From the NCBI GenBank assembly GCA_018648685.1, contig JABGQT010000140.1, positions 19,920 to 83,919 on the forward strand: 64,000 nt of DNA, read 5' to 3'. The stretch is from Anaerolineae bacterium (GTDB lineage: Bacteria; Chloroflexota; Anaerolineae; Anaerolineales; Villigracilaceae). Under the pieces are notes generated by a model. The model was not told the DNA's origin. It saw nothing but the letters and a program-made list of their open reading frames with translations, and did not search any database. Positions 62,309 through 64,000 of the stretch are shown in pieces (position 1 is the first letter of the stretch; every line of letters starts with the position of its first letter). The position numbers and the translations under genes are program-made.

Positions 62309-64000
62309 ATGAAAAAAGAAATACGTGAAGAACAACAAGTATTCAGCGAATTAGGAGTCCTCTGTACATTGCCAGGCTATGTACATGCAATAGCGCATTT
62401 CTGCTTTAGAGATAACGCGATACCATTTTCAGAAAAAATGACTGCTGATGATGTGTTGCCTTTCTATTCATGGGATAAATTAGTCCGTACAGAAATCTCA
62501 ACCCTTATAGGGCTTATGCTAAAAACAGAAATTGATACTATCCTTCCGTCACCTTCCGTAATACAGGCATACTTGGACCGAACGGAAGATTTGCTAGAAG
62601 AGCTTCATTATTCGATGATGAAACCAGTAATGGAGAAAATTGATTTTACAAAAGCTATATCAGAAGAATATAACCCATTCTTTTCAGGAGGAGCACTGCG
62701 AGAGCCCATATTTTATAGTGGGGAATCCGCATATGATTTCCAGTATAGGGATATTTCTACTTGGAAATATAAAAAAGACGATCAATGGCTCATAGCTAAT
62801 AAAGGCTTCTCTATTCAGCATGTCAAGGTTATTTGGGATGCAATAAAAAAATATCAAAACAAAAAAGTATTAATAACTCTTGAGAAAGCAGTGGGACAAA
62901 ATCCAAATGAATGGACAATGCTGCCAACCTATACATTTACGTTAGAGGAAATCGCTATTGAAGCAGATATTGATCTTTCCATTGTTAGTGCTGTAATAAA
63001 ATCGTTCGCTATTCCTAATGGTGAACAAAATAAAGGATTTCAGACTCTCAGTGATTTCAATGTAGTAAATGCTTATCCAATTATTCCACTAGAGAATGAG
63101 TATCTTCTATATCAGCATTACAGTCTTTCACAAGCCTTTTATGAAACACCTTTTTATTGGTTTAGTGAGAGTGAAAATTACTTTGATATTGCTATGAAGA
63201 ACCGAGGAGAGTTTACTGAAGAGTTCACAGCAGAAAGATTGAAGTTAGTTTTTGGAAAAAATAGAGTGTTTACTAACGTCAACATTATTGACACATCAAA
63301 AACTATTGCTGGTGAAATAGATGTCCTTGTAAGTTTTGCAAATAGAGCAATCATAGTACAAGCAAAATCAAAAAAACTCACTTTTGCCGCAAGAAAGGGT
63401 AATGACAATAGTATAAAAGATGATTTTAAAAAGGCAATTCAAAATGCGTATGATCAAGGCCTTTCATGTGCGAATTTAATAAATACTGGAAATTACAAAT
63501 TAGTTGATTCAAACGGAAGCGACATACAACTTCCAAGCAGCTTAAAGAAATATATATTTTTTGTGCGATTTCTGAGCATTATCCAGCCTTAAGCTTCCAA
63601 GTCCAGCAGTCTTTGAAATTTGAACAATCAGAAAATATTATGCCTCCTTTTGTTATGGATGTTTTTCTTCTTGACATAATGACAGAAATGCTCCAATCAC
63701 CATTATATTTTTTGAGCTATATCAACAGACGAACAAAGTATTTAGGTCGTGTTTTAGTTAATCATGAATTGAGCACTTTTTCGTATCACCTTACTCAAGG
63801 TTTATGGATAGATAAAGAAAATGAAATCTTGTCAATTGATGATGATTTTAGTGCTGAATTAGATGTAGCTATGATGGTGAGACGTGAAGGAGTGTTAGGA
63901 GAAGCTACGCCTGAAGGGATTCTTACTCGCTTTAAAAACTCCCCTTTAGAAAATATTATTCAACAAATAGAATCAGAAGAAGACCCCGCTACTGTTGATT
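62309..64000 (+). pseudogene. AT-rich gene of unknown function, apparently split by a one-nt frameshift; runs off the window
   Basis: ORF 62309-63592 stops at 63590. A second frame is open from 63508 to the window end (IYIFCAISEHYPALSFQVQQSLKFEQ...). A PD-(D/E)XK-like block (GEIDVLVSFANRAIIVQAKSKK) lies in the first part. Confidence 0.55.

Noticed and set aside
1-64000. tRNA, rRNA, integrase/transposase, prophage or toxin-antitoxin modules
   Set aside because: No cloverleaf-like or rRNA-like sequence and no recombinase, transposase or phage structural motifs appear in any long ORF. The only mobility signatures are the non-autonomous elements reported above.

Overview
This is a 64-kb stretch of bacterial chromosome. 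Gene content suggests an anaerobic, F420-using, Chloroflexota-like organism, but that is only an impression and cannot be proven from this window. I support about 60 protein-coding genes and saw no rRNA, tRNA, CRISPR array, integrase or transposase. The main feature is a plus-strand Wood-Ljungdahl carbonyl-branch operon at 43.6-59.3 kb. In order it carries: a small HMA-like protein, cooS/acsA, an AcsB-AcsD fusion ORF of 1216 aa, acsC, a RACo-type corrinoid activator, acsE, a MetV-MetF fusion, DUF3786, two cooC-type Ni-insertion ATPases and a trailing membrane protein. A conventional metF and a divergent DUF166 gene lie just upstream. hbd and a thiolase lie just downstream. Other blocks are: a dual-moeA locus (33.8-39.5 kb) interrupted by an SH3 lipoprotein and a Zn-ribbon/TPR protein carrying a SecD-P1-like domain; a TetR-controlled ABC-2/HlyD efflux operon with an embedded methyltransferase and a DUF385 protein (13.1-19.2 kb); and a long minus-strand run (19.8-30.3 kb) holding crcB, dinB, a GxxExxY cassette, an F420 reductase, an SsnA-like amidohydrolase and a TM-NACHT-HEAT NTPase. 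Non-coding DNA is unusually structured. It contains a 215-bp MITE with perfect TIRs and a 10-bp target duplication, a smaller related element, a relic 5-prime fragment of a second THUMP methyltransferase allele, and a diverged repeat pair near both window ends. Many intergenic palindromes have arms built from tandem 6-10 nt words. An orphan intrinsic terminator sits in the acs leader. All family calls come from motif recognition by eye. No database search, HMM or folding program was run.
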